Counted from the stretch's first letter, positions 49,328 through 59,614 are shown. The stretch is DNA of 64,000 nt from Candidatus Methanomethylicia archaeon (GCA_038727515.1 JAVYVS010000001.1:532297-596296), one strand, 5' to 3'. The notes: a model not told the origin generated them from the letters alone. Made by a program: numbers and translations.

Positions 49328-50740
49328 TTAAGTAACCAACATATCTAAAGCCTTCAAATTGATTGCACGCTTAATCTCCAATCCAATACGTTCACCAAGA
49401 CTTATACGCCTGTTATACCTAACATTGGAATACTGTCCACCTAATCCCATATGAACATTAGTTCCACCACCATGCCTTAAAGCAACATCTTGAGTAACAG
49501 GTATATGCATTGGAGCATCCCTAGTAATACTATCATATAAACCAAAACCAACACTTGCAACTTCGACATCAGGTTTTAAAGAAGGTTTAAAATCATATTC
49601 ACTAGGTTTACCCCAAGTTATAATGGTTTGAAGACACCATGCACCTATAATTCCAGGTGGAACTTCATCCTTTAAACAAAGTAAAAATCTATTTGCACAT
49701 CTTAAAACATCCTTTATTAAAGATTCTCTTACACTAACCATGACGTGAAGGGTAACTTCAAAAGATGGAAGAATTTTATTGCTTAACTTTTGCTGAACAT
49801 CTATTGGAAGTCTCTTAAGACCATCTAAAATGGTTTCTCTACGTTCATCAATGGATAAGAATTCATTAGCTAAACAAATTCTAGCTTCATCTAAACTTAT
49901 ATTGTAAATCTTAGAATAATACTCTTCAACACTCCCCCAACACTTAATAGAATTAATTGGTGAAAAGAAGAAATTGAAATTCGCATGTGGACCCAAAATC
50001 AATTCTTCAACTCTAGCAGCTTTGATAGAATCCTCATTAACATAACCATCTTCAAAAGCTTTTTCAACTTTAAGTTCAAGATCACTTGAATCAGCAGCAA
50101 AAATAAATACCCTCTCAAAAATTCTATTTGGATGATAAGTTTTGAGAATTAAAGGTTTATCATAAGGCTCCTTAAACCTTATACCCCTACTATAAATTTC
50201 ATATAGAATAGGTTTTGGATGGGGAATACCAGCCTTCTCAAGATACCAATAATAATCTTTATCGATACCTCTATTTTCAATTTTAAGAAGCCTCCTAGAA
50301 CCAAGAATAGGTATTGAAAAATCATTTTCAATAACACTACAATAATCATCTCCACCAACATAAACGGAAAAAGCTCTATTTGGAATTTGAATAGCTTCTA
50401 ATTCAATTAGATCATCAACATGTTTCACAATATCAGAATACCTGTCTAAAATGAGGATAGCATACCTCCAATCACCCTTTAAATCGTGTAAATCTTCAAC
50501 AACTAAAACATCCCTAGAAATAACTTGAGGTAAATCTTCAATAAACTCGTCAACTCTACCTGCAATAGCATTATGCAAATATATAATAGCTCTATCTCTA
50601 GTTGTATATATTATGCTTCTTAAATTATTACTCCTAGCACCACTCCAAGCATCCAAAGCTGAATGTGAACCTATAATCAACATACAAGGATTCTTATATC
50701 TTCGAGCAATTTCACGCATATCATCAATATCAATCAACAA
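49328..50740 (-). CDS. purP: PurP-family ATP-grasp ligase (formate-dependent FAICAR synthetase-like), long form
   Basis: GSHSALD, IPNRAF, ERVFIFA, NFNFFFSP, SIDERRE, SVRESL, PPGIIGAWCLQ, GGGTNVHM, GERIGLEIK. The likely start is TTG at about 50740/50737, after an AAAGGTG SD. Confidence 0.8.
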   Translation of the reverse strand: MLIDIDDMREIARRYKNPCMLIIGSHSALDAWSGARSNNLRSIIYTTRDRAIIYLHNAIAGRVDEFIEDLPQVISRDVLVVEDLHDLKGDWRYAILILDRYSDIVKHVDDLIELEAIQIPNRAFSVYVGGDDYCSVIENDFSIPILGSRRLLKIENRGIDKDYYWYLEKAGIPHPKPILYEIYSRGIRFKEPYDKPLILKTYHPNRIFERVFIFAADSSDLELKVEKAFEDGYVNEDSIKAARVEELILGPHANFNFFFSPINSIKCWGSVEEYYSKIYNISLDEARICLANEFLSIDERRETILDGLKRLPIDVQQKLSNKILPSFEVTLHVMVSVRESLIKDVLRCANRFLLCLKDEVPPGIIGAWCLQTIITWGKPSEYDFKPSLKPDVEVASVGFGLYDSITRDAPMHIPVTQDVALRHGGGTNVHMGLGGQYSNVRYNRRISLGERIGLEIKRAINLKALDMLVT

Positions 50741-50881
50741 AAACACCTTTATGAAAAAGATATGTAAACATTTATTTATATTTTGCATTTCACAAAAATG
50801 TAAAATTTAAACAACTGATTAAATGAAACAAAAATAACAACTATTAAAAAATGAATCATGTAAAGTATATCTCAGATATTT

Positions 50882-52258
50882 ATGAAGGTAAAGATAATAG
50901 CTACACTTGGACCATCAACAAAAGACATTGAAACCATAAGGGAAATGGTAATTAAAGGAGCTTCAGCCTTTAGAATAAACTTTAGCCATGGAAGCGAAGA
51001 AGAATGGAGGAAATATGTAAAATATGTAAGAACTATTGAAAGGGAATTAAACGTAATAATAGGGATTGGGGGAGATTTAAAGGGTGGAAGCGTTAGGATA
51101 GGGGAATTACGTGAACCAATAAAGTTGAAAATGAACATGGAATTAATGATATTAAATAAACAAAAAGACTATGAAGGTAATATACCATTACCATACATAG
51201 AATTCTATGATATCATAGAGCCAGGAGATATAATCTTAATGGACGATGGGAAAATAATGTTGAAAGTAGAAGACGTAAAGGAGGATAAAGTAAAAGTAAG
51301 ATCATTAACACCTGGTGAAATAACTTCAAGGAAGGGAATAGTTGTAAGGGGGAAAGAATTTAATATACCAGCAATAACTGAAGAAGATTTAAAGAACATA
51401 AAATTTGCAGTGGAAAACTCATTGGATTACATAGGCTTAAGTTATGTTAAAAGTGGAGAGGATGTGAAGAAATTAAAGAAGATACTTTATGAAGCTGGAT
51501 GTGAAGAAACAGCAGTAATGTCAAAAATTGAATGCGTAAGTGCTGTTAAGAATTTGGAGGAAATAGTGAGAGAATCAGATATGATATTAGTGGCAAGAGG
51601 AGATTTAGGTATGCAATTTCCATTAGAAAGAATACCAGTATTACAAAGAGAAATAATTGAAAAAACAAGATTAAAGGGTAAACCAGTAATTGTAGCAACA
51701 CAAGTGTTAGCATCAATGATTGAAAATCCAACACCAACAAGAGCAGAAGTAACAGATGTAGCACATGCAATAATAGAGGGGGTGGATGCAATAATGTTAA
51801 CTGGAGAAACAGCCATTGGAATATATCCAGTGGAAGCAGTAGAATGGCTTAAAAGTATAATAGAAGCAAATGAAGAAAAGATAAACATAGAGTTAAAACC
51901 CATAGATGATGATTTACAAAAAAGATTTGCACATAGTATAGTTGTACTTGCAGAATCTATAAACTCAAAATTAGCAGTATATACACAAAAGGGGAGAATG
52001 GCTGCAAGAATTGCTGCATATAGACCTAGAGTGCCAGTATATGCAGCATCAAATAACATTAGAACACTTAGAAAATTATCTATGATTTGGGGTTTAAAAA
52101 CCATAAAAGTTGATGCAGAAGGGTATATGGAGGGATTAGAGGCCACATATCAAGCATTAATGAGGGAGGGATATGTAAAGGATAATGAGACATTGGTCTT
52201 AACATATGGGCTAATAGAAGAAGGAGAACATATAATAAAAATAAAGAGGAAGATTTAG
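50882..52258 (+). CDS. pyk: Pyruvate kinase
   Basis: KIIATLGPS, RINFSHG, DLKG, SKIE, VARGDLG, ATQVLASM, PTRAEVTDV, MLTGETA. Confidence 0.95.
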   Translation: MKVKIIATLGPSTKDIETIREMVIKGASAFRINFSHGSEEEWRKYVKYVRTIERELNVIIGIGGDLKGGSVRIGELREPIKLKMNMELMILNKQKDYEGNIPLPYIEFYDIIEPGDIILMDDGKIMLKVEDVKEDKVKVRSLTPGEITSRKGIVVRGKEFNIPAITEEDLKNIKFAVENSLDYIGLSYVKSGEDVKKLKKILYEAGCEETAVMSKIECVSAVKNLEEIVRESDMILVARGDLGMQFPLERIPVLQREIIEKTRLKGKPVIVATQVLASMIENPTPTRAEVTDVAHAIIEGVDAIMLTGETAIGIYPVEAVEWLKSIIEANEEKINIELKPIDDDLQKRFAHSIVVLAESINSKLAVYTQKGRMAARIAAYRPRVPVYAASNNIRTLRKLSMIWGLKTIKVDAEGYMEGLEATYQALMREGYVKDNETLVLTYGLIEEGEHIIKIKRKI

Positions 52259-53463
52259 AAACCCGAGGTTAAGTATCTGTATGCTAATGCTGCATAAGCT
52301 GCAGAACCATATTTCAATGCAGATTCATCTATATCAAATCTAGGATTATGGTGGGGAGCCACTATACCCTTCTCAACATTTCTAGTTCCAAGTTCTAGAA
52401 ATGCCCCTGGAATTCTCTCAAGATAATATGAGAAATCTTCACCACCCATACTAGGTTTAACTTCAACAACATTATTTGAACCAACAATTTCACATACAAC
52501 ACTCTTAGCCATCCTAGTAGCTAAAGGATGATTTATGGTTGGTGGAACACCATCAATTGTAGCAACAATACATTCAGCATTAAAAGCTTTAGCAGTATTC
52601 TCAGCAATCTCCTTAATACGCTTCTTCAATAAATCTCTAACTTCAAATGTTAAAGCCCTATATGTACCAATTATATTCGCTCTTTCAGGTATTATGTTAA
52701 ATGCTGTTCCAGCATGTACAGAACATGCACTAACAACCCCAGATTCCAATGGATCGAGATTTCGACTAATAATAGTCTGTAAATTCAATATTATACTTGA
52801 AGCAACTACAATTGGATCCACAGCTTTATGAGGGGAAGCACCATGACCACCAACACCTTTAACTTCAATTTCAAATCTACCAGTAGAAGCAAGTATAGGT
52901 CCCTCCTTCAATCCAATTTTACCAACATCTAAATCATTCCAAACATGAAAACCAAATATAGCTTCAACATCAGGATCTTTTAAAACACCTTCCTCCACCA
53001 TCTTCAAAGCTCCACTCTTACCACCACCCATCTCTTCAGCTGGTTGGAAAATTAATTTCACAGAACCATTAAGTTTATCCTTCATTTCAGATAAAATTCT
53101 AGCGGCTGTAAGAAGCATGGCGACATGAGCATCATGACCACAAGCATGCATAACCCCTGGAATCTTAGACTTATATGGAACATCATTCTCTTCTTGAATT
53201 GGGAGGGCATCCATATCAGCCCTTAAAGCTACAACTCTACCCTCACCACATTTTAAAATACCAACAACACCAGTTTCAGCAACACCGGTTTGAACACTAT
53301 AACCCCATTTACTAAGCATATCTGCAACAAGTTTTGCAGTTCTCTTCTCTTGAAAACCAAGTTCAGGATACATATGTATTTCACGTCTAAAACCTATGGT
53401 TTCATTCTCTAATTCAATAGCTCTACTCAATATCCATCCATACACATTCATATCAAATACCAA
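52255..53463 (-). CDS. M20 aminoacylase/carboxypeptidase (Acy1/YxeP/CpsA-like)
   Basis: HMYPELGF, LRADMDALP, MHACGHDAH, FQPAEE, GGHGASPH, GGEDFS, HHNPRF. Confidence 0.92.
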   Translation of the reverse strand: MVFDMNVYGWILSRAIELENETIGFRREIHMYPELGFQEKRTAKLVADMLSKWGYSVQTGVAETGVVGILKCGEGRVVALRADMDALPIQEENDVPYKSKIPGVMHACGHDAHVAMLLTAARILSEMKDKLNGSVKLIFQPAEEMGGGKSGALKMVEEGVLKDPDVEAIFGFHVWNDLDVGKIGLKEGPILASTGRFEIEVKGVGGHGASPHKAVDPIVVASSIILNLQTIISRNLDPLESGVVSACSVHAGTAFNIIPERANIIGTYRALTFEVRDLLKKRIKEIAENTAKAFNAECIVATIDGVPPTINHPLATRMAKSVVCEIVGSNNVVEVKPSMGGEDFSYYLERIPGAFLELGTRNVEKGIVAPHHNPRFDIDESALKYGSAAYAALAYRYLTSGF

Positions 53464-53512
53464 AATAAAATGAAGTACCTCAAATAATAAAATTATCGAA
53501 AAATATCATAAG

Positions 53513-54739
53513 TTATGTTTTTAATACTATAGCCCACGTTGGAAAATTGTAGTATGCATTAACAGTCCTTCTAACCTCAATATAGTAAACGTAAACTGTG
53601 TACCCTTCTTCGCCGAATATATGTACTGAAGCTCTCACAGCATATCCAGTTTTAATAACTAAAGCGACATCTATGGGGATTTTTAATGGTATTGGAAGAT
53701 ATTGTTGTGGTATGTTAATTACAAAGCCAAATACAGGTATAGCAAAGCTCATACTAACATCACCTTCAAGATTTACACCAGTTGCAGGAGTATTCCATCC
53801 TTTTCCAGCAGCACTCTTTAGATATATTTCTGTCCCTTCTATATCATCACCTTTCACAGCCATTAAGGTTTCTGGTAAATGGTATCTTATGTATACTCTA
53901 TGCTCTCTATAAACTTCTCCACCATTAGCAGGTTCTTCATACTCCCAACACTCATATGTACATGTAACTAAACAAGAAACATAACCAACACTATTTTGAC
54001 CAACACTAAAAGTAACTTCATTACTCTCAGAATTACTAATAACAGTTATTTCTTTACCTATTTTCCATGGGATTATAATATTATTTGTTGGGTATAGAGT
54101 TACGGAAAATGTACATTTAAAACCCACTATCCCATATTTTGTTACCTCATAATAAGCAGTTGCTCTAGTATGTTGATCAGTAACTACTTTAAATAGAGTT
54201 TCTCGTTTTGACTCTTCTTTACTATATATTAATCTCGCCCATGGAGGAGCTTGTTGCTCAGTAATTATTGTTCCAAGTTTTTCTTCAACTTTTGTAAGTT
54301 TATCAGTTAACTCCACAATTACATTAGCTTTTAATGGACCAATAGCTGTTAATGGCAACTCTGTTGATCCAACTCCAAAATACTTATACCCTTCATATTT
54401 ACCTATTGCTGTAATATAGAGTACTGGGTGTAGTTTTATACTTCTCTTTTCAGCTTCATTCCAATCAATTAATGGTTTAATCACATCTTTTATTGATAAT
54501 GTAATTGTGGCTATTCCATGTTCATTTGTTGACGTAGCTTTTATAAATCTAGTTCCATTGGGTGCAGTTGCAAAGATATATATGTTTGCATTTGGAATAG
54601 CTTTGTAATCTTTGGTTACGATTATAGCCAGATATACCTTATCCATTTCTTGAGCTACAATACAAACTCCTAGTATGAGAGATGATATGAATAATACTAA
54701 GATAAATATTGTTTTTAGATTAAACTTCTTAGAAAACAT
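53513..54739 (-). CDS. Secreted hypothetical protein (signal peptide, Ig/transthyretin-like N-domain, beta-rich C-domain)
   Basis: Basic then hydrophobic N-terminus; PNANIYI...TNEHGIATI motif typical of carboxypeptidase-regulatory-like domains. Confidence 0.6.
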   Translation of the reverse strand: MFSKKFNLKTIFILVLFISSLILGVCIVAQEMDKVYLAIIVTKDYKAIPNANIYIFATAPNGTRFIKATSTNEHGIATITLSIKDVIKPLIDWNEAEKRSIKLHPVLYITAIGKYEGYKYFGVGSTELPLTAIGPLKANVIVELTDKLTKVEEKLGTIITEQQAPPWARLIYSKEESKRETLFKVVTDQHTRATAYYEVTKYGIVGFKCTFSVTLYPTNNIIIPWKIGKEITVISNSESNEVTFSVGQNSVGYVSCLVTCTYECWEYEEPANGGEVYREHRVYIRYHLPETLMAVKGDDIEGTEIYLKSAAGKGWNTPATGVNLEGDVSMSFAIPVFGFVINIPQQYLPIPLKIPIDVALVIKTGYAVRASVHIFGEEGYTVYVYYIEVRRTVNAYYNFPTWAIVLKT

Positions 54740-54815
54740 ATAACATCAAATAAAATTTTGTAGAAACATATATATATCGTCAACAACTTTAATTTACAAT
54801 TTAAGTTTTAGAATG

Positions 54816-55874
54816 TTAAATTATATTTTTAATCCAGCTTCTTCCACCCCAGAATTTTCCACGTATATTTAAATTGTATTCACATTTAGGACATTTAGAT
54901 TCATCTTTAAGGTCATAAATGAAAATTTGAAACCCATATCTTTCAATTAGAAGTTTATTGCAGTTTGGGCAATAGGTATTTTCACCTTTAAGTTCTGGTG
55001 CATTCCCTAAATATACGTGTTTTAAACCAGTTTTACGAGCTATTTCAGCAGCTGTTTTAAGCATATATGATGGTGTTGAAGGACGATCATACATTTTATA
55101 GTCTGGATGAAATCTAAGTATATGGAATGGTATTTCAAAACCTAAATTATTAACGATCCAACTACATAGATTTTCAAGATCTTTCTCCCATCCTTCAAGT
55201 CCAGGTATTAGTAAATTTGTGATTTCAATGAATATATTATTTCTCTTCAATTCCAGTAGACATTCAAATATTGGATTAACATCGAAAACACTGGAAAACT
55301 TTCTATATGCCTCTGGATTTGCTGAACATTTAAAATCTACAGTTGCTGCATCTAGGTATGGAGCTATAGTTCTAACGGCTTCTGGAGTCATATACCCATT
55401 GGTTACAAAGGTATTGAATAAACCTTTACTTTTAGCTATTTTTGAAGTTTCATATGCATATTCGAAAAATATTGTTGGCTCAGTATACGTATAGCTTATA
55501 CCCTGACAATCATTTTCTAAAGCTAATTCAACTATTCTTTCAGGTGGAATCTCACGACCATAAATTTCCTCTTCTTGACTAATAACCCAATTATCACAGA
55601 ATAAACATCTAAAATTACAGCCAATGGTAGCTATACTTAGAACTGATGCCCCTGGATTAAAGTGAAATAAAGGTTTTTTCTCGATAGGGTCGCAAGCAAT
55701 AGAACATGCTTTAGAGTAAACTAATGAGTAAAGTTTTCCACCAATATTTTTACGAACACGGCAAAAACCTGTTTTACCTTCAGCAATTATACATCTACGA
55801 GCACATAAATTGCATTTAACATTACCATTACCAATAGATTCATATAACATTGCTTCCTTCAAAATACATCCCAA
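54816..55874 (-). CDS. amrS: AmmeMemoRadiSam-system radical SAM enzyme (PflA-like)
   Basis: CNLCARRC, DPIEKKPLFHF, GCNFRCLFCDNWVISQ, SYTYTEPTI, FHILRFHPDY, TYCPNC. Confidence 0.85.
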   Translation of the reverse strand: MGCILKEAMLYESIGNGNVKCNLCARRCIIAEGKTGFCRVRKNIGGKLYSLVYSKACSIACDPIEKKPLFHFNPGASVLSIATIGCNFRCLFCDNWVISQEEEIYGREIPPERIVELALENDCQGISYTYTEPTIFFEYAYETSKIAKSKGLFNTFVTNGYMTPEAVRTIAPYLDAATVDFKCSANPEAYRKFSSVFDVNPIFECLLELKRNNIFIEITNLLIPGLEGWEKDLENLCSWIVNNLGFEIPFHILRFHPDYKMYDRPSTPSYMLKTAAEIARKTGLKHVYLGNAPELKGENTYCPNCNKLLIERYGFQIFIYDLKDESKCPKCEYNLNIRGKFWGGRSWIKNII

Positions 55875-55932
55875 ATATTAATTTGATAACAAGTATAATA
55901 ACTTATTTCAAGAAAAATTATAGGGGACTAAT

Positions 55933-56958
55933 GTGTTTAGAACTCTAGGTAGAACGGGATTAAAGGTTTTTCCAATAGGATTCGGTGGGATACCAATACA
56001 AGTCGTTGAAGATAGAGAAGCAATAAAAGTGATCAGGAGAGCATATGAACTTGGAGTAAACTTTTATGATACTGCAAGAGTATATGGATCAAGTGAAAGA
56101 AAAATTGGGGAAGCATTAAATGATGTTAGAGAAGAAGTGATAATTGCAACTAAAACAACAGCTAAGAGTTATGAGAATGCCATTAAAGATTTGGAAACAA
56201 GTTTATCTGAATTGAAAACAGATTACATAGACATATGGCAATTACATAATGTAAGTACCCATGAAACTCTAGAGAAAGTATTGTCAAGTAATGGTGCTAT
56301 AGAAGCATTAAAGGAAGCAAAAAAGAGGGGTAAGGTTAGATGTATTGGGATAACAAGCCATAATTTAAATGTATTAATTAAAGCTATGGAAACAAATATA
56401 TTTGATACAATACAATTCCCATTCAACTACTTATCAGATGAAGCAAAAATAGATGTTATACCAAAAGCCATTGAAATGAACCTTGGAATTATAGCAATGA
56501 AGCCAATAGCTGGAGGAGAAATAAATTACCCAAAAATAGCTTTGAAATACGTATTAAAACATAATGTAACTGTAGCAATACCGGGAATGAAGAGCATAAT
56601 TGAAGTAGAAGAAAATGTTTCAAGCATAAAGGATGGAATTGAAATAACAAAAGAGGAAGAAGAAATAATTGAATATGAGAGGAGGAATATGGAGAAAATA
56701 TTTTGTAGAGGATGCATGTACTGTATGCCATGCCCTCAAGGGATACCAATAAGTCAACTACTAAGAATAAAACAATTTGTTAATAGAACTGGAATAAGTA
56801 GACAAGTAATAGAAATTTATGAAGAAGCAAAAAATACTGTTCCAAACTGTAAACTATGTCGACAATGTGAAGAAAAATGTCCATACAATCTACCAATAAC
56901 AACATTGATCCATGAGAAACTGGGATGGATTGAAAATGAATTAAAGAATAGGGGATAA
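55933..56958 (+). CDS. Aldo/keto reductase with C-terminal 4Fe-4S dicluster domain
   Basis: LGRTGL, DTARVYG, IATK, LKTDYID, GITSH, AMKP; CRGCMYCMPCP and CKLCRQCEEKCP. Confidence 0.9.
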   Translation: MFRTLGRTGLKVFPIGFGGIPIQVVEDREAIKVIRRAYELGVNFYDTARVYGSSERKIGEALNDVREEVIIATKTTAKSYENAIKDLETSLSELKTDYIDIWQLHNVSTHETLEKVLSSNGAIEALKEAKKRGKVRCIGITSHNLNVLIKAMETNIFDTIQFPFNYLSDEAKIDVIPKAIEMNLGIIAMKPIAGGEINYPKIALKYVLKHNVTVAIPGMKSIIEVEENVSSIKDGIEITKEEEEIIEYERRNMEKIFCRGCMYCMPCPQGIPISQLLRIKQFVNRTGISRQVIEIYEEAKNTVPNCKLCRQCEEKCPYNLPITTLIHEKLGWIENELKNRG

Positions 56959-56975
56959 TTTGATTAGGTGTTCAA

Positions 56976-57830
56976 ATGCTCATAGACTATATAATATTGA
57001 TGGTGGCAATATTCAGCGTATCTTGGGCATCAATACTAGTACTATTATCAAATGCTCCAGGAATAGTATGTGCATTCTGGAGGATGACATTATCTTCAAT
57101 AATAACCCTCTTTCTAACATCCATAAAAAATAAGGAGATAAAAGTTGTATTAAACATTCCAATAATATTCTCCGGTATAAGTTTAGCGATACACTTCTCA
57201 TTTTGGATGGAATCATTATATAAAATCCCAGTGGCATTAAGTACAACAATAGTAAATTTACATCCAATATTCTCAACCATAATTGGTTCATTAATTAGAG
57301 AAAAAATAAAAAGGATACATTTAATTGGAATAATTACAGCCATAATTGGAGCGGCAATAATGGTTAAAGTATGGGAGATAAGTACAGAAATAGAATATCT
57401 TGGAATAATATATGCACTTATAGGGGCATTATCATTTTCAACATATCTTTCAATAAATAAAATTTCAAGGAAAAACATGGACACATTAACATTAACAACG
57501 GGAGTTTATGGTATTGGAGGATTAACAACTCTAATCTACATAATGATAAATAAAATAAACTTCATAATATACCCGCAATCAACGTGGATCTACATAATAT
57601 TGATAACAATGATACCAATGTTAATGGGGCATACTCTACTAAACTATCTACTTAGAAATTTGGGATTAGTAATAGTTGCAGTTTCAACTTTGGGAGAACC
57701 TATTGGATCAACAGTTTTAGCATATACAATCTTAAAACAAAAAATTGATTTAACACAAATATTTGGAATGATGACAACCTTAGCTGGAATCTTTATCACA
57801 ACGCTAAGTGAAAGAAAAATTAACCAATAA
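56976..57830 (+). CDS. DMT/EamA family transporter
   Basis: About 10 TMs; AFWR, LAIHF..W..SL, GHTLLNY, LGEPIGS. Confidence 0.88.
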   Translation: MLIDYIILMVAIFSVSWASILVLLSNAPGIVCAFWRMTLSSIITLFLTSIKNKEIKVVLNIPIIFSGISLAIHFSFWMESLYKIPVALSTTIVNLHPIFSTIIGSLIREKIKRIHLIGIITAIIGAAIMVKVWEISTEIEYLGIIYALIGALSFSTYLSINKISRKNMDTLTLTTGVYGIGGLTTLIYIMINKINFIIYPQSTWIYIILITMIPMLMGHTLLNYLLRNLGLVIVAVSTLGEPIGSTVLAYTILKQKIDLTQIFGMMTTLAGIFITTLSERKINQ

Positions 57831-58827
57831 AATCCAATAAATAATTTGAAAGTTCAGAAATTTTAAAGGGGTTGAAACCAGTGTCATCTATTGTTTCAAT
57901 ACCCCTTAAACTCAACCTATATTTAACCCCCCTAGGAACTTTAACTTTAGATACTACAAACATCTTTTTAGGCTTGTATAACGAAAGGTAAACATCAATA
58001 ACATCTAATGCTTTAACATTCTCTAAATTACCATTAGTTAAAGTCATTATCCCCTTAGAAAATCTAAATTTCTTCCACCAACCATCAACCTCCTTACATT
58101 CGATTATCATAAATGGACGTTTAACCAACATATTTCTTGAATTACTTGAACTTTTACTTGGAAGAATGTTTCTAACCCATCTATGATAAATCATTATATC
58201 TGGTCTTGGAGCTGCATTCAATGATAACTTTGAACTACGCCTAACTTTCTTTATACGTTCAATAGGGCGTGGAGCTTCCACAAAGAAACTAAATCTCTCA
58301 CCATCAATTTCTAAAACATAATTTGGAGATAAGGAATTATTACCTTGAAAACCTTTACGAGACAAAATAATCCACTTATTACGTGGGTATATAATCTTTA
58401 TTTCATGGGAATGTAAATTATAGGGAATAGATAAAACAACGAAATTCTGAAACATAAGTTTCAAATTGGACTCCAAACACTTCTTGATCGTCAAATTAAT
58501 TATTGAATTAAAATTCTCTAAATCAAGATCCTTTAATATAAGTTCATATGATTTAGAGACAAATAAATTTATGATATGATTTAGGGGATCTTCTAGAAAT
58601 GATGAAAGCTGTTTTGAATGTATTATATATGGGGAATTCAATATTGTTTTAATATCTTCACAAAAATCATTGTACACATAAACATGTTTACGAATAATCT
58701 CAATTTCATCTCCAAAAACCTCTTTAATATAAGATTTAGCAAATTCCATATATTTATCTTCATCAAAGATTTTAGATGCCCGTAAATCCTCATATATAGA
58801 TTCCCACATTAAATTCACCTTATCCAC
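57820..58827 (-). CDS. Hypothetical protein with putative PD-(D/E)XK nuclease motif
   Basis: PRPDIMIY ... PFMIIECKE, followed by Y..LYKPKKMFVVS. Confidence 0.55.
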   Translation of the reverse strand: MDKVNLMWESIYEDLRASKIFDEDKYMEFAKSYIKEVFGDEIEIIRKHVYVYNDFCEDIKTILNSPYIIHSKQLSSFLEDPLNHIINLFVSKSYELILKDLDLENFNSIINLTIKKCLESNLKLMFQNFVVLSIPYNLHSHEIKIIYPRNKWIILSRKGFQGNNSLSPNYVLEIDGERFSFFVEAPRPIERIKKVRRSSKLSLNAAPRPDIMIYHRWVRNILPSKSSSNSRNMLVKRPFMIIECKEVDGWWKKFRFSKGIMTLTNGNLENVKALDVIDVYLSLYKPKKMFVVSKVKVPRGVKYRLSLRGIETIDDTGFNPFKISELSNYLLDFIG

Positions 58828-58933
58828 ACTAAAACATAATCAATACACACCACTAAACTTAAACGATAAATTACGGAATGAATAAGAAGAATAAAGTAAA
58901 TAAATGTAATTAACCGTAAAATATAAATAATCA

Positions 58934-59614
58934 TTAAGCTTCCAGTAACCTTATATAACCAATACCATATGGAAGCTCATTCAAAAAGGAATTAAACTTA
59001 AATATTGAAACTACAGGTAAACCATTATAAATCCCAGAACTTTCATCTAAAAGTGTAACTATCACAGGAATGAAATAGATTTTACCATTAAAATCTAAAT
59101 TAAATAAACTTCTAAAAACCTTTGAGAAAAGTAATGTTTTATCATTATGAAGTTTAATTGCTCTTTCAATAATTGATGGACGATTGATAGACCAATGCTT
59201 ACAATCTAAACAAATAACATATGGAATTTTAAAACCAATTAAATCCAATTCAAATCTTTTTGAATCAATTTTAAACCTAACATTTTTATAAACACTATAA
59301 TCAAAAGCTTTTAAAACTTCAAAACATAGGTTTTCAAATTCCCTCCAATTCAAAAATTTTGAAACCCTCTTAACATCAATACCTAAACCAATAGCGTAAT
59401 ATGCAAGTTTCAATCTATCTTTAACCTTAATGGACAATATACCATCAAAATCAATAAAATCAATAAACCCAAGCTCCATTAAACGCTTTAGACAATCCAT
59501 TACATGATCAAATGATAAAAATGTGTATTCAATTATTTCATCAATATTGCAAATAGGTTTATTTTCAGTAAGCATAAGAACAGTTAATATAACTTTATCG
59601 AGAAAAATTTGCAA
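58934..59614 (-). CDS. wHTH + restriction endonuclease-like (Mrr/NERD-type PD-(D/E)XK) protein
   Basis: N-terminal wHTH-like segment; LNWREFE, FELDLIG, CLDCKHW, PVIVT. Confidence 0.7.
   Translation of the reverse strand: MQIFLDKVILTVLMLTENKPICNIDEIIEYTFLSFDHVMDCLKRLMELGFIDFIDFDGILSIKVKDRLKLAYYAIGLGIDVKRVSKFLNWREFENLCFEVLKAFDYSVYKNVRFKIDSKRFELDLIGFKIPYVICLDCKHWSINRPSIIERAIKLHNDKTLLFSKVFRSLFNLDFNGKIYFIPVIVTLLDESSGIYNGLPVVSIFKFNSFLNELPYGIGYIRLLEA

Noticed and set aside
50741-50788. N-terminal extension of PurP (MQNINKCLHIFFIKVF)
   Set aside because: It runs through AT-rich promoter-like DNA. An AAAGGTG SD points to a TTG start at about 50740/50737.
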